Of a stretch of 64,000 nt of DNA, positions 37,136 through 49,815 are shown in pieces (within the stretch, counting starts at the first letter, position 1; every line of letters starts with the position of its first letter). The notes under the pieces were generated by a model that saw nothing but the letters and a program-made list of their open reading frames with translations, was not told the DNA's origin and did not search any database. The DNA is from Heptranchias perlo (lineage: Eukaryota): the NCBI RefSeq assembly GCF_035084215.1, contig NC_090329.1, positions 29,388,001 through 29,452,000 of the forward strand, read 5' to 3'. Made by a program: the position numbers and the translations under genes.

Positions 37136-39180
37136 AGAATCAAAGAATGTTACAGCACGGAAGGAGGCCAAACGGCCCATCGCCTGCTCTATGCATGAGC
37201 AATCCAGCTAGTCCCACTGCCCCGCCCTATCCCCGTAGCCCTGCACATTTTTTCGTTTCAAGTACTTATCCAGTTCCCTTTTGAAGGCCATGATCGAATC
37301 TGCCTCCACCACTCCCTCAGGCAGTGAATTCCAGATCTTAACCACTCGCTGTGTAAAAATGTTTTTCCTCATATCACCTTTGGCGAAAGAACCAATCACC
37401 TTAAATCTATGCCCTCTGGTTCTTGACCATTCTGCCAATGGGAACAGTTTCTCTCTATCTACTGTCTAGACCCTTCATGATTTTGAACACCTCTATCAAA
37501 TCTCCTCTCAACCTTCTCTGTTCCAAGGAGAACAATCCTAGCCTCTCCACTCGAGCCACGTAATTTAAGTCCTTCATCCTGGAATCATTCTAGTAAATCT
37601 CCTCCGCACCCTCTTAAGGCCTTCACGTCCTTCCTAAAGTGCGGTGCCCAGATCTGGACACAATACTCCAGTTGTGGCCGAACCAGTGTTTTATAAAGGT
37701 TCATCATGACTTCCTTGCTTTTGTACTCTATGCCTCTACTTAAAGCCTAGGACCCCAAATGCTTTTTTAAATTGCTTTCTCAACCTGCCCTGCCACCTTC
37801 AATGATTTATGCACATTCACCCCCAGATGCCTCTGTTACTCCAGCCCTTTTAGAATTGAGCCCTCTGGTTTGTATTGCCTCTCGTCATTTTTCCTACCGA
37901 AATGCATCACCTCGCATTTTTCCGCGTTAAACTTCATCTGCCATGTGTCCGCCCACGCCACCGGAGGGTCTATATCCTATTGAAGTCTATCGCTATCCTC
38001 CTCACTGTTCACTACCCTTCCAAGTTTTGTGTCATCCGCTGATTTTGAAATTGTGCCCTGTACACCCAAGTCCAAGTCATTAATATATATCAAGAAAAGC
38101 AGTGGTCCCAGCACCGACCCCTGGGGAACACCACTGCACACCTCCCTCCAGTCCGAAAAACAACCATTCACCACTGCTCTCTGTTTCTTGTTATTTAGCC
38201 AATTCTGTATCCATATTGCTTTTGTCCCCTTTATTCCATGGGCCGCAATCTTAATAGCAAGCCTACCACGTGGCACTTTATCAAACGCTTTTTGAAAATC
38301 CATTTACACCACATCAACTGCATTGCCCTCATCTACTTTCTCCATTACCTCATCAAAAATCTCTATCAAGTTGGTTAAACAGGATTTACCTTTAGCAAAT
38401 CCGTGCTGGCTTTCTCTAATCAATCCACACTTGTCCAAGTGACTGTTAATTCTGTCCCAGCTTATCGTTTCCAAAAGTTTCCCCACCACTGTCATTAAAC
38501 TGGCCTATAGTTGCTGCATTTTTCTTTACACGCTTTTTTGAACAAGGGTGTTACAGTTGCAATTTTCCAGTCCTCTTGCACCACCCCAGTATCTAAGGAT
38601 GTCTGGAAGATTATGGCCAGTACCTCTGCAATTTCCCCCCTTACTTCCCTCAGCATCCTAGGGTGCATCCCATCCGGACCAGGTGACTTATCTATTTTAA
38701 TTACAGCTAGCCTTTCTACTACCTCTATCAATTTTTAGCCCATCCAGTATCTTAACTATATCTTCCTTTACAGAGACTCTGGCAGCATCTTCTTCCTTGG
38801 TAAAGACAGGTGCAAAGTGCTCATTTAATACCTTAGCCATGCCCACTGCCTCAATGAGCAGATCTCCTTTATGATCCCTAATCGGCCCCACCCCTCCTCT
38901 TACTACCCGTTTACTGTTAACTTGTCTGTAGAAGACTTTTGGATTCCCTTTTGTGTTGGCTGCTAGTCTATTCTCATACTCTCTCTTTGCCCCTCTTATT
39001 TCCTTTTTCACTTCTCCTCTGAACTTTCTATATTCTGCCTGGTTCTCACTTGTGTTATCAACCTGACACCTGTCACGTGCCATTTTTTTCCCGCTTCATC
39101 TTATTCTCTATCTCCTTTGTCATCCAGGGTGCTCTTGCTTTGTTGCCCTACCTTTCTCCCTCGTTGGAATGTACCTTGTC
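37133..39180 (-). mobile_element. 5'-truncated CR1 LINE in opposite orientation to the preceding CR1
   Basis: [59 protein letters not shown]; TTCTATGA-type tail at 37133-37150. Confidence 0.92.
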
Positions 39181-39299
39181 ATGGATAATCTTATCAAATG
39201 GCAGAGCAGGGTCGAGGGGCCAAATGGCCTACTCCTGCTCTTAATTCGTATGTCCGTACAATAGAATCTTCCACAGCTGACAATATCATTGCTTTGTTT

Positions 39300-40000
39300 T
39301 CATCTCACTGTTGTTGCTGCATAAATCCTTTAAACACATCAGCATCCACCTTGGACATGACCACAAATAAAACCACTTTACCTAAACAGAAATAAAATAA
39401 GTTTTTTTTCTCTTTATGCATTGTATGATATTTTCTTAAACCCTTTTTAGTTATTTTGTCTTCTTTTAAGTCCCGCACACCCACGTTTGATCCTGCAGCC
39501 TCTACCAATTCCGCTCTATAACTGGCCACCGGGAACTAAGCAAATAGCTCGGGGTAATTGGACTACCAATTTTCTCTCTCTCACTCTTACAAAGCTGTAA
39601 ACATTTGCTCAGAATTTCCTCTACCAGTACAAAGCATGGGTACACTAATACATTGCTCCACCATGTTAACAAGATCTGTGGCCACCATAGGGGCTATAGT
39701 GTTGTATCTAATCATCACACATGGTTCAAGAAGCAATGGATTTTCTTTCAGACTGGACCATTTTCATGGTTCTGGTCTGAACCTCTCACATCTAAAGCAG
39801 ACCAATTTCTGTCACATCACTTTAGTTCTCTCAGTTGCCTGCATATCCCTAGTCATTGCCAATTTCTCTATCATGCTGATCCCGGTTTTCTTACCAGCCT
39901 TGTTGCCATGTTCACCAAATCTTCGTTCACCAGATTTCTCCCTCTCCAGGTGTCCTTCCTCAAACTTCCTCACCTGTCTGTCCACCAACCCCAATCCAGA
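39300..40000 (-). mobile_element. Very degenerate Gypsy-like remnant (gag knuckle / integrase Zn region)
   Basis: Minus-strand LVCFRC (knuckle-like) near 39800 and PVASYRAELVEAA..NVGVRDLKE.KI near 39450-39535, resembling VVP..YR..IL..AH..GH.GV.KT..KI. Confidence 0.4.
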
Positions 40001-43000
40001 GCTGCCACGATAAGACTAAAAACTGACATTGAGTATAATATTCCACAGTTGCTTCAGACATCAGTCCTCTGCTACCATGCAGTCTACTTTCTTCCACACC
40101 AATAGATGAAACATTTTTAAAACTGAAAGCTACACATTGTGACATAAAAAAACAGAAGGAACAGACCAGTTCAGATTAACTATCTAATCTACTTAGCTCT
40201 GTGCTTTATGAGTTCTTAAATAGACCAGTTACCACTACTCAGTGTAAAGACATCGTACGGATTAACACATTGAACATAATCTTTCAATGTCACTTTTAAA
40301 AAAAAAAATACTCATGAAAAAGTACAACTGAAATCAATCTAATTAAAATGTTTTTCAAAATGACTACTAAAAAGGAGAGTATTTCAATGTAAAATATTCC
40401 CCTAGATATAATTAAATTTGAAGAAAAATTGAAAGTTCCTGCTAGAAGATATTCTCAATTTTGCAAGTAATTTCTCTCCACCACACCCCACAAAGACTCA
40501 CTATTTCAGATCTTTATTGGCACCCAGACCAATGGTCACATAAATTACCAGGACCGTCCTTCAGTGCCCTAGGACTGCTTCAGGATGATTTGAAGGTATC
40601 TGATTCAGAAAAAATTAGTATGAGCTGGAGACTACATGTACCACTGTGACTTTTTATAGCTTTATATAGGTGTAAACAAAATACACAAAATAAAGCTTTA
40701 ACTACAGTGAAAGTATGCATTTACACTTTATGTAATAGTGCATACCCAGGGGTTTCTAGTCTAATTGAGAGGTTCATCATAAACCATAAGAGTTGATCTC
40801 AGATTGTTTGAAATTGCATCTGATCCTCAAGATTAGACCGTGGTCTTAATCTCACTCTTGCTTATCTTACAGTATGTACTTTATCTGATCATTTGATAAA
40901 CTCGTAGTGAAAGCATTACAATTATCAGTGCCCGAGTGGGGATACCACTTATCAACTACACGGAGCACAGCCATTGGTAGCGGCCAGTCATATCTAACAA
41001 AGAAAAAGAAACTCACATAGGCTCAAGAAAACTAATACACAGCAGATACTTTATGGTTATAATTCTAACTAAATTGAGGTAAATTTTACATGATTTGTGG
41101 AGAGGGTGAGCTTAATGAATCAAATTGCTTTTCATATTCTAGGCTTTACAATGTTTCCTAAGTTTCAGTTATAAACTGTTTGAGGTTTCCTGTTGTGGTT
41201 CTATCAGAATGCTGCCTTGTAATCGTGCCCTGATTTATTTATATGTACACATACAGTATTTTCTTTAGAGTTAGAAATCATATTGTCTATTTTTAATGTC
41301 AGTATAGTTTTAACATCTCAATGCTATTATCCTCAAAAGTGCATTATTCTTAATAGTATTACAAGGGCACCATTTACATGTAAAAATAAATGCTGTAATA
41401 TGTCAAAGTATTACTATACCCTGCATAACTACTGTTCATCCTTGAAACTTCCAACTACAGTGGAGGTCATTGCACAGAAACAAAATTTCTAAGCTGTTAA
41501 TTTTTGGGTAATTTCCCTTGAGAGAACTTTGATTGTGCAGAGTATTCACATTTCAGTAGTTTTCAGTGGTGCTGCAATCATTTTACTGCCCTACTTCCAA
41601 TCTTCAGAGCAACAGACTACAACCAAGCAGCAATTCTTTTAGAATGGGTCATTAGCAACTTTAAAAATCCCTTTCCAAATTATACACCAGTATATTGCTG
41701 CTTCAGGACACAATGGGCCATGTTGTCAGCAATCAAAAAGGGAAACTGTGTAAGTGAATGGAATTTTAAATATTCAGTTTCAACCATCTAGTTTTAAAGA
41801 CAGCCAATAATATTGCAAAAGCTGATAACATCTCATATTGCCAGGATACAAATGTAGATATAAGATCACAAAGTGGGATGAATGTAGATTAGCATTTTCC
41901 TTTGGGTTTCAAGCAAGGTAACCAACCGTCTGCTGCTGTGGGGAATCTGGGACACTAACCAGTGGCCATAATTCTTAAGTGTCCCAAACACTGTTAGTGT
42001 AATAGAGAGATGTCACTCCTGGACCACTTCATTAACACTAAATTTCTCTGCAATTAGTTGATGCAGCAGTTCCTCCAGCAAAATAATTCTTGCTCTGCCC
42101 TAGCTCTTGCACTCTACTTTGGCCCATCCTATGCTAATGTGTTTGACTGGTAATACTTGTGGGTAATGGCCCCATGCTAATGTGTTCAATCCTTGGTCAG
42201 ACAAGACTGGCCTCTGCTGTGTTCTGCCCATGGATGCACAGCATTCTGTTTTGAGCCAGGCCACCCTGCACTGATGGTATCACATCCACACCACTTTGTG
42301 TTAATGCCTTAGGTGGTCTGTTCCCTTCTAGAACTCTACTTCTACTATGGCATCAATATTAGAAAGCACCACCTTTAGTAGGCCAGCAACCCATAGTCAG
42401 ATAGCCCTAAATACAAGCTATCACCCAAGGCCAATGTGATCTACTCTCAATGCAAGATACAGCACACTATGCTTTTGATAAGGCACACCATGTTAGTGCA
42501 CTCCTCAAGCAGATGGCATGTGCCACCGTGCTCTGACCTCAGCTGGGCTGCCTCATTAATGCGTTCAGTCTTCAGCACTCAGTCAGACGATCCCTCAGTC
42601 AATGCTATGCCTTTTAGTTTAGTATTCTCTACCGCTATTTCTCCAATGTGTGCTGCCCCTCCCCATGTGCCATCCCACTCTTAACGTGCTCCTCCCCACT
42701 TGCCTCCACAGGTTTGTCCAAGGTTTAGTCAGTTCACCCCGACGCTGACCCTCCCTCGGATGCCCCATTCTAACACATCCCAAGGTACCACAGCTCCTGT
42801 CCTGGAGCCCTGCCCTGAACCTCTTGCCGACACACCCGTCCCCTTCTCCAGTTGCTCCGCCCCGGAGGCTGACCATCGCTTCCGCGCTCCGCCCTCAAAC
42901 CCACACCGCGCAGCTGGCCGCTGTGGAGTCGAGCAGTCACTCTCACCTGCAGCCGATAGTGAGCGGAGCAAACAATTTGGAAGATAACACAAAACACACC

Positions 43001-43205
43001 GGCAGCCCCAGCAATGCAACCCACCCCCGGCTCTACCCTCAGCCACTAACCATCTATTGCTAACAGCCACCCTCCCAAGTCCAAGCTCAACAGCATATAA
43101 TTGCCAGATACATAATAAGTGGTGTCTGAGCCCTGTAATCACAGAGACCAACCTCCGGAGTTAGCAGCGCGCAGCACATTCAAAAACAAGACCCGGAATA
43201 TTTAC

Positions 43206-43223
43206 CTTCTTCAACGCTGACAT
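43206..43223 (-). CDS. DLGAP2: DLGAP2 (SAPAP2) first coding exon, MSALKK
   Basis: AATACC-ATG TCA GCG TTG AAG AAG|GTAAAT: good Kozak and a phase-0 donor after 18 nt. Matches the recalled mammalian long-isoform start MSALRK, and lies head-to-head with ERICH1 as in human 8p23. The match is short, so synteny carries the call. Confidence 0.78.
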
Positions 43224-43678
43224 GGTATTTTTTCCCTTTCAGCACGCCATGCATGACACTGTGAGGACGGTACGTGAGAGCCACGCTTGCAATTCTGTCT
43301 GCAGCTACACAGACTTTTATTTTCCTCCTCTATTCCCAGGCACTAACCGTCACTCTGGCTCGCACCCACCCCGCGTGCACCAGATCCGCTGCCCCAGAAA
43401 CATCAACCGCGCATGCGCGCCGGCGGGAGGCCCGGGCGAGTGCCGTCAGACGGAACCACGACGACGCATGCGCGGTGCCTGGACATTTCCCTTCTTTCCC
43501 CCCGCCCGGCCGGCCGCAGTGGGAAGGCGGGGAACCCGCTAGCCCGGCACAGCCAATTAGAGGATTCGAATTCCGTCAGGCCACGCCTCCTTTTTTTTCG
43601 TGATCGACGTGTGGCCGCGCGGCGGATGTCCGTTAAACCGAAAAGGAACGAGCTGGAGATTGGAATTAAATCAGTGTG
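43224..43678. promoter_or_regulatory. Bidirectional CpG-island promoter (island extends ~42800-44300)
   Basis: CpG-dense; NRF1-type GCGCATGCGC 43409-43418 and ACGCATGCGC 43464-43473, GC-box-like motifs, CCAAT 43553-43557; lies between two divergent ATGs. Confidence 0.85.
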
Positions 43679-43697
43679 ATGGTGGATAGGAAGCAGG
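43679..43697 (+). CDS. ERICH1: ERICH1 coding exon 1 (MVDRKQ, phase 1)
   Basis: ATG GTG GAT AGG AAG CAG G|GTAAGG; joins in frame to 51125 giving MVDRKQAFKQKVLKKLY (recalled human MAAHRKHVFVEKVLQRLF). Confidence 0.8.
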
Positions 43698-44921
43698 GTA
43701 AGGGACGGCGGCGGCGGCGGCGGCTAAGGGGTGTTTTGTTTTTAAAATTGCGGGGCTGGGATGTGTTTACTTGCCCCGACCTCGGATTGGTGGCAGCGGC
43801 CTCCTGGCTGCGATTAATCACTGTCACCGAGGCCCCCCGGGGGGGGGGGGGGGCAGCGGACAGGTGTTAACACACGAGGGAGCCCGCGACTCTCAAACGA
43901 GGAGCGGAAAGAAATTTGCTCAGACGCTGCAAATCTGAGTCAAAAGAAAACTGCTGAGACAACCCTGAGCAAGCCGGTCAGCAGCTGTAGAGACAACAGG
44001 CCTGGCAACGGTTGGACGAAGAGCCCCGCCCGAATCGGTAACGCCCGCTGTTCTCTCCACAGGACCAGCCGAGCCCCGCGCTTCCGGCGGTTTCTGGTTT
44101 TGCCTTTGACTCGGAGTCGGTTTAAAGTTAACTAACAGTTTACCCACAGCTTTAACGTGAAGAGACAGGCGGACAGGAAGTGAACAAAGGACTGTGGTCT
44201 GTCTGTCTGTGTGTGTGTGTGTGTATAGATTTTGTGTGTCAGGCCTTGTGGGGAGATTGCATTTATAGAGAGCGCCTTTCGCCTCCTCGGGATGTCTCAA
44301 AAGTGCTCCACGGCCAATTCACACATTTTGAAGTGTGGTCACTGTTTTAGTGTAGTCAGAGGACCAACCTCAGTGAAATCCTCAGCTGTTAAGAAGTTGT
44401 GACATATTTCTCCTCAATCCTTCGGGAACTTTATAAACAGTTTTGAAGTGGCAATTCTAGAAGTGAGTATACTGCACATTAGCTAAATGGAAATTTTTTT
44501 CTTGGATAGAGGTTTAGGGGCTTGCATCCCCCTCCCCAGAGTTTTTTTAAACAATTTTTTTAGTTATAATTTTTCCATTATTATCTATATATTTTAATAT
44601 GTGGAAAATATACCCCACTAAGCTCAGAACAAATGTAAAAGTATGTATGTTGTAGCAATCTCTTGTAAAGCCACTGAGAGTCTGGAATGTACTCTTGACA
44701 ATATTAGCACACAAATGCTAAATCAGTTTGTTTGATATTCTTTGGTCATTATTTTAATGCAGGTATTAAACCTTTTTAAGCAGGCTAACACCACCATTAA
44801 AGTATCTATAGAATTTTAAAAATGTTGTAGCACAGATGTAAGCTATTTAGAACATTTTACCTATGCCAGCTCTCTGAAAGAGTTATCCACTTAATCTCAT
44901 TCATGTATATAAGTTTTTTTT

Positions 44922-45070
44922 CAGATGCTGCCAAGCCTTTATTCACAGAGCTCCACATTACACCCACACCCGAGATCAGCTCTTATAAATGGATATGAGA
45001 GTTCCCAATTGATACGCACTCCTGAATACAATTAACACTAATTCATATAAATCATAAGGATACAATTAAC
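44922..45070 (-). mobile_element. Partial short solo-LTR-like element
   Basis: Reverse complement begins TGTTAATTGTA, has TTTATAAG and CTCTGTGAATAAAGG; homologous to 62277-62458. Confidence 0.6.
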
Positions 45071-45754
45071 ACCATTCCCTTGCTATTGCCCTTTCATTTT
45101 GCCCTTTTAATATATTACCTTTTCAAATACTTATCCACTTCCTTTTAAAAAGTTATTATGAATTTTGTTTCCTCCTATTTCTAAAATTTCTCATAATCTT
45201 GCCCTTTTAATTTTTTTGGTGATTTAAAATTTATGCCCTCTAGTTACCAACTAGTGGAAATATTTTTTTTCCAATTTACCTCGTAATTTTGAGCTCCTCT
45301 ATCGGATCTCGCCTTATCCCGTATTGCTCTAATTTTTTTTAAAAAGCCACGGTTTTTCTAGTCTCTTATAACTGAATCCTCTCATCCTTGATATCAATGA
45401 ATGCATCAACTTTTGCTCTGCTAATATCGCCGACGGTCATTTCTGGGCTATAATTGATATAACTTATCTGCTGTGCAGCTGTACAATTTTCATCAGATGA
45501 TGGCTGCATAGAACACCCTGACCTTTTCTCATTTGCTGCCCTGTGCTTTTGGAGTCAGGATATAATATACTTATTTGGGCCATCTCTTTCTCTGCAAGAT
45601 CCATTCAGGTCCACAATGTAGAACTTGCTATTTTTAAAGGAGTGAATAAATATTTGAAAGAGAAAAGCGAGCAGGGCAGTAGAATTGGTTTGGGATTATT
45701 CTAGCAAAGACCTGGCATAGACACAATGAAGAGAATGGCTTTCTGTGCTATAAA

Positions 45755-46165
45755 ATTGGAGTTGTATTCTTTGGAGTTTGAAGGTTAAGGGGAGATCTGA
45801 TCGAAGTTTATAAGATATTATGGGGAACAGAAAGGGTGGATAGAGTGAAACTATTTCCGCTGGTTGGGGATTCTAGGAGTAGGGGGCACAGTCTAAAAAT
45901 TAGAGCCAGACCTTTCAGGAGTGAGATTAGAAAACATTTCTACACACAAAGGGTGGTAGAAGTTTGGAACTCTCTTCCGCAAACGACAATTGATACTAGC
46001 TCAGTTGCTAAATTTAAATCTGAGAGAGATAGCTTTTTGGCAACCAAAGGTATTAAGGGATATGGGCCAAAGGCAGGGATATGGAGTTAGATCACAGATC
46101 AGCCATGATCTTATCAAATGGCGGAGCAGGCACGAGGGGCTGAATGGCCTACTCCTGTTCCTAAA
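45755..46165 (+). mobile_element. CR1 3' fragment
   Basis: LFPLVGDSRSRGHSLKIR...FYTQRVVEVWNSLP...GIKGYG plus 3' UTR hairpin region. Confidence 0.9.
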
Positions 46166-47373
46166 TATCTATGGTTCTATGGAATATATATAAATGAGAA
46201 TATAACATAACTTAATGGGGATAAGGTATAAATAAAAATTAAATTAAGTGCACAAGATGTATATGGAAGATAAGTTGCTGAGGCTAAGCATAACACTGTT
46301 TAATTTTTAAAAATAGATTAGCCTCCAAAAATAGTGAGTATACTCAGTACACCCAAGTGTAGCCTTGATTACATGCTAACAAAAAGTGAGCATACTTTTG
46401 CCTCTGAAGTAAAGTATGCATTTCACTACACCACTTATCAGTCTACTTCCATGCTGCTTGTCCTTCACACTTTCTCTTTTCTTGAAATCTTAACATCCCT
46501 ACAGATTTTTTTAAATGCACCTTGAGGCTGTTTCTGTGCTAACTATAAATTTTGTCATGAAAGCCAGACTTTTGGCAGTTTGAAGTTTTTTTTAAAAGAA
46601 GGCTCAAAAGATAGATTCCAAATGTATGGGAAGTACCATTGTTTAGATAAATGGAGTTTCTATAGCAGAACCCCATTTAATTTATTCGACTACCTTGTAA
46701 AGTGAACAACTGATGCTAGCGCAAAAGTTGAGGCACCAGAAATTTCCTTGGAAGAGAATTTCTTGGGATGCTGTCAACTACTGAAGCACCAAAAATTATC
46801 AGCTGCCGCCAGTGGCTCTTGCATTTGGAAGCCTGATGAAAGGGTTCCAATGCAAGTATACAAAATGCCCACTGGGAGAAGTCCGATATAAAACTACAAG
46901 TTGCACCTATTTCTCTCTCTAGGATCATTATTTAGCAATGAGTTCATTAGAATCATTGTTCTTCAGACAACTTGCTAGTTCAAAACATTTGTGAACAAAA
47001 TTAAGTGGAAAGGGAGAAAAATAAAGAAATGCAAAAGAGAGAAGGAAAGCTAACAACAAAAATGGGGAAGTGAAAAGAATTGAAAAAAATGAAGCACAAG
47101 ATAAGCGAGAGAGAAAATGAAGTTGGGGACAGGCAAAAGACTAAAGTTATGGAGGAGTGGGCAGAGAGAAAGAAACAAGTGAAGAAGAAGGAAAGAACAG
47201 CAGAAATGGGGGAAGAGAGAGAACGGGAGAAAGAAACATCAGGCAGGAGCAGGACAAAGAGAGGAGAAAAAGAAACAGGAGTGGGGAGAGTTAGAAAGTG
47301 AGACAGACAAAAAAAGAAACAGTGTGGGGAAGACAGAAACCAGAGAAGGCAAACTTTTTTTTTGGAGATTTAC

Positions 47374-49372
47374 ATTTTTTTTTATTCGTTCATGGGATGT
47401 GGGCGTATCTGGCGAGGCCAGCATTTATTGCCCATCCCTAATTGCCCTTGAGAAGGTGGTGGTGAGCCGCCGTCTTGAACCGCTGCATTACATGTGGTGA
47501 AGGTTCTCCCACAGTGCTGTTAGGAAGGAAGTTCCAGGATTTTGACCCAGTGACGATGAAGGAACGGCGATATATTTCCAAGTCGGGATGGTGTGTGACT
47601 TGGAGGGGAACATGCAGGTGGTGGTGTTCCCATGTGCCTGCTGCTCTTGCCCTTCCAGGTGGTAGAGGTGCTGTCGAAGAAGCCTTGGCGAGTTGCTGCA
47701 GTGCATCCTGTGGATGGTACACACTGCAGCCACTGTGCGCCGGTGGTGATGGGAGTGAATGTTTAGGGTGGTGGATGGGGTGCCAATCAAGCAGGCTGCT
47801 TTGTCCTGGATGGTGTTGAGCTTCTTGAGTGTTGTTGGAGCTGCACTCATCCAGGCAAATGGAGAGTATTCCATCACACTCCTGACTTGTGCCTTGTAGA
47901 TGGTAGAAAGGCTTTGGGGAGTCAGGAGGTGACTCACTGGCCGCAGAATACCCAACCTCTGACCTGCTCTTGTAGCCACAGTATTTATATGGCTGGTCCA
48001 GTTAAGTTTCTGGTCAATGGTGACCCCCAGGATGTTGATGGTGGGGAATTCGGCGATGGTAATGCCATTGAATGTCAAGGGGAGGTGGTTAGACTCTTGT
48101 TGGAGATGGTCATTGCCTGGGACTTGTCTGGCGCAATTGTTACTTGCCACTTATGAGCCCAAGCCTGGATGTTGTCTGGGTCTTGCTGCATGCGGGCTTG
48201 GACTGCATCGTTATTTGAGGGGTTGCGAATGGAACTGAACACTGTGCAGTCATCAGCGAACATCCCCATTTCTGACCTTATGATGGAGGGAAGGTCATTG
48301 ATGAAGCAGCTGAAGATGGTTGGGCCTCGGACACTGCCCTGAGGAACTCTTGCGGCAATGTCCTGGGGCTGAGATGATTGGCCTCCAACAACCACTACCA
48401 TCTTCCTTTGTACTAGGTATGACTGCAGCCACTGGAGAGTTTTCCCCCTGATTCCTATTGACTTCAATTTTACTAGGGCTCCTTGGTGTCAAATGCTGCC
48501 TTGATGTCAAGGGCAGTCACTCTCACCTCACCTCTGGAATTCAGCTGTTTTGTCCATGTTTGGACCAAGGCTGTAATGAGGTCTGGAGCTGAGCGGTCCT
48601 GGCAGAACCCAAACTGAGCCTCAGTGAGCAGGTTATTGGTGAGTAAGTGCCGCTTGATAGCACTGTCGATGACACCTTCCGTCACTTTGCTGATGATTGA
48701 GAGTAGACTGACGGGGCGGTAATTGGCCGGATTGGATTTGTCCTGCGTTTTGTGGACAGGACATATCTGGGCAATTTTCCACATTGTCAGGTAGATGCCA
48801 GTGTTGTAGCTGTACTGGAACAGCTTGGCTAGAGGCGCAGCTAGTTCTGGAGCACAAGTCTTCAGCACTACAGCCGGGATGTTGTCAGGGCCCATAGCCT
48901 TTGCTGTATCCAGTGCACTTAGCCGTTTCTTGATATCACGTGGAGTGAATTGAATTGGCTGAAAACTGGCTTCTGTGATGGTGGGGATATCGGGAGGAGG
49001 CCGAGATGGATCATCCACTCGGCACTTCTGGCTGAAGATGGTTGCAAACGCTTCAGCCTTGTCTTTTGCACTCACGTGCTGGACTCCGCATCATTGAGGA
49101 TGGGGATGTTTACAGAGCCTCCTCCTCCCGTTAGTTGTTTAATTGTCCACCACCATTCACGACTGGATGTGGCAGGACTGCAGAGCTTTGATCTGATCCG
49201 TTGGTTGTGGAATCGCTTGGCTCTGTCTATAGCATGTTGCTTCTGCTGTTTAGTATGCATGTAGTCCTGAGTTGTAGCTTCACCAGGTTGGCACCTCATT
49301 TTTAGGTAAGTGTGGTGCTGCTCCTGGCATGCTCTTCTACACTCCTCATTGAATCAGGGTTGATCCCTTGGC
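47374..49372 (-). mobile_element. LINE family B copy, 5'-truncated
   Basis: Poly(T) at 47374-47382; ORFs 48473-49075, 48075-48467 and 47488-48150 are near-identical to the 32638-35032 copy. Confidence 0.92.
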
Positions 49373-49815
49373 TCAACTGAACTCCAACTAATCCAAAACT
49401 CTGCCACCTATTTCCAATCCCAAATAAATCTTGTTCACTTATCACTCTGATCCTTGCTTCCTGTTCCCCAGTGCATCAAATTCAAAATTCTCATCCTGAA
49501 AACATCCTCCATTGTGTCTTTGCAATCTCCTACAGCCCTTTCTCCTCTGCTCTTTTAGTTCTAGTCTGCTGCACGTTCTCCCCTATCTTCACTCTACTAC
49601 CATTGGCAGAGCTTTCAGCCACCTCGCTCTCACAGTCTGGACCACTCTCTATCCACTCCCTCAACTTGCTGCATGTTCCTAATCCTCCTTACAACCTAAA
49701 AAATCGGCACAGAGCCTTTGGCCATCTCTCTTAGTTCACCTGCTGCGGGTGCTTTATCTGACTACTCCCCTCTTTCCCCCCCCCCCCCCCCCCCAGGTAA
49801 AACGCTTTGGGATGC
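49373..49815 (+). mobile_element. Degenerate L2 3' region
   Basis: CAACTAATCCAAAACTCTGC (QLIQNSA), TTCAAAATTCTCATCCT, ACCATTGGCAGAGCTTTCAGC, GTAAAACGCTTTGGGATG tail. Confidence 0.6.

Noticed and set aside
39558-40105. 151-aa and 166-aa + strand ORFs
   Set aside because: Antisense to a probable Gypsy remnant; no motifs or splice signals.
1-43205. DLGAP2 exon 2 (VLPGILQKHCC-like)
   Set aside because: Not found by eye on the minus strand; presumably left of the window, though a diverged small exon could have been missed.
42436-43603. Cluster of ORFs around the CpG island
   Set aside because: Expected from high GC content; low-complexity translations without homology.
47080-47301. Glu/Lys/Arg-rich ORF inside ERICH1, tempting as a glutamate-rich exon
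   Set aside because: Purine-rich low-complexity DNA with no polypyrimidine acceptor; exons 1 and 2 already join in frame.
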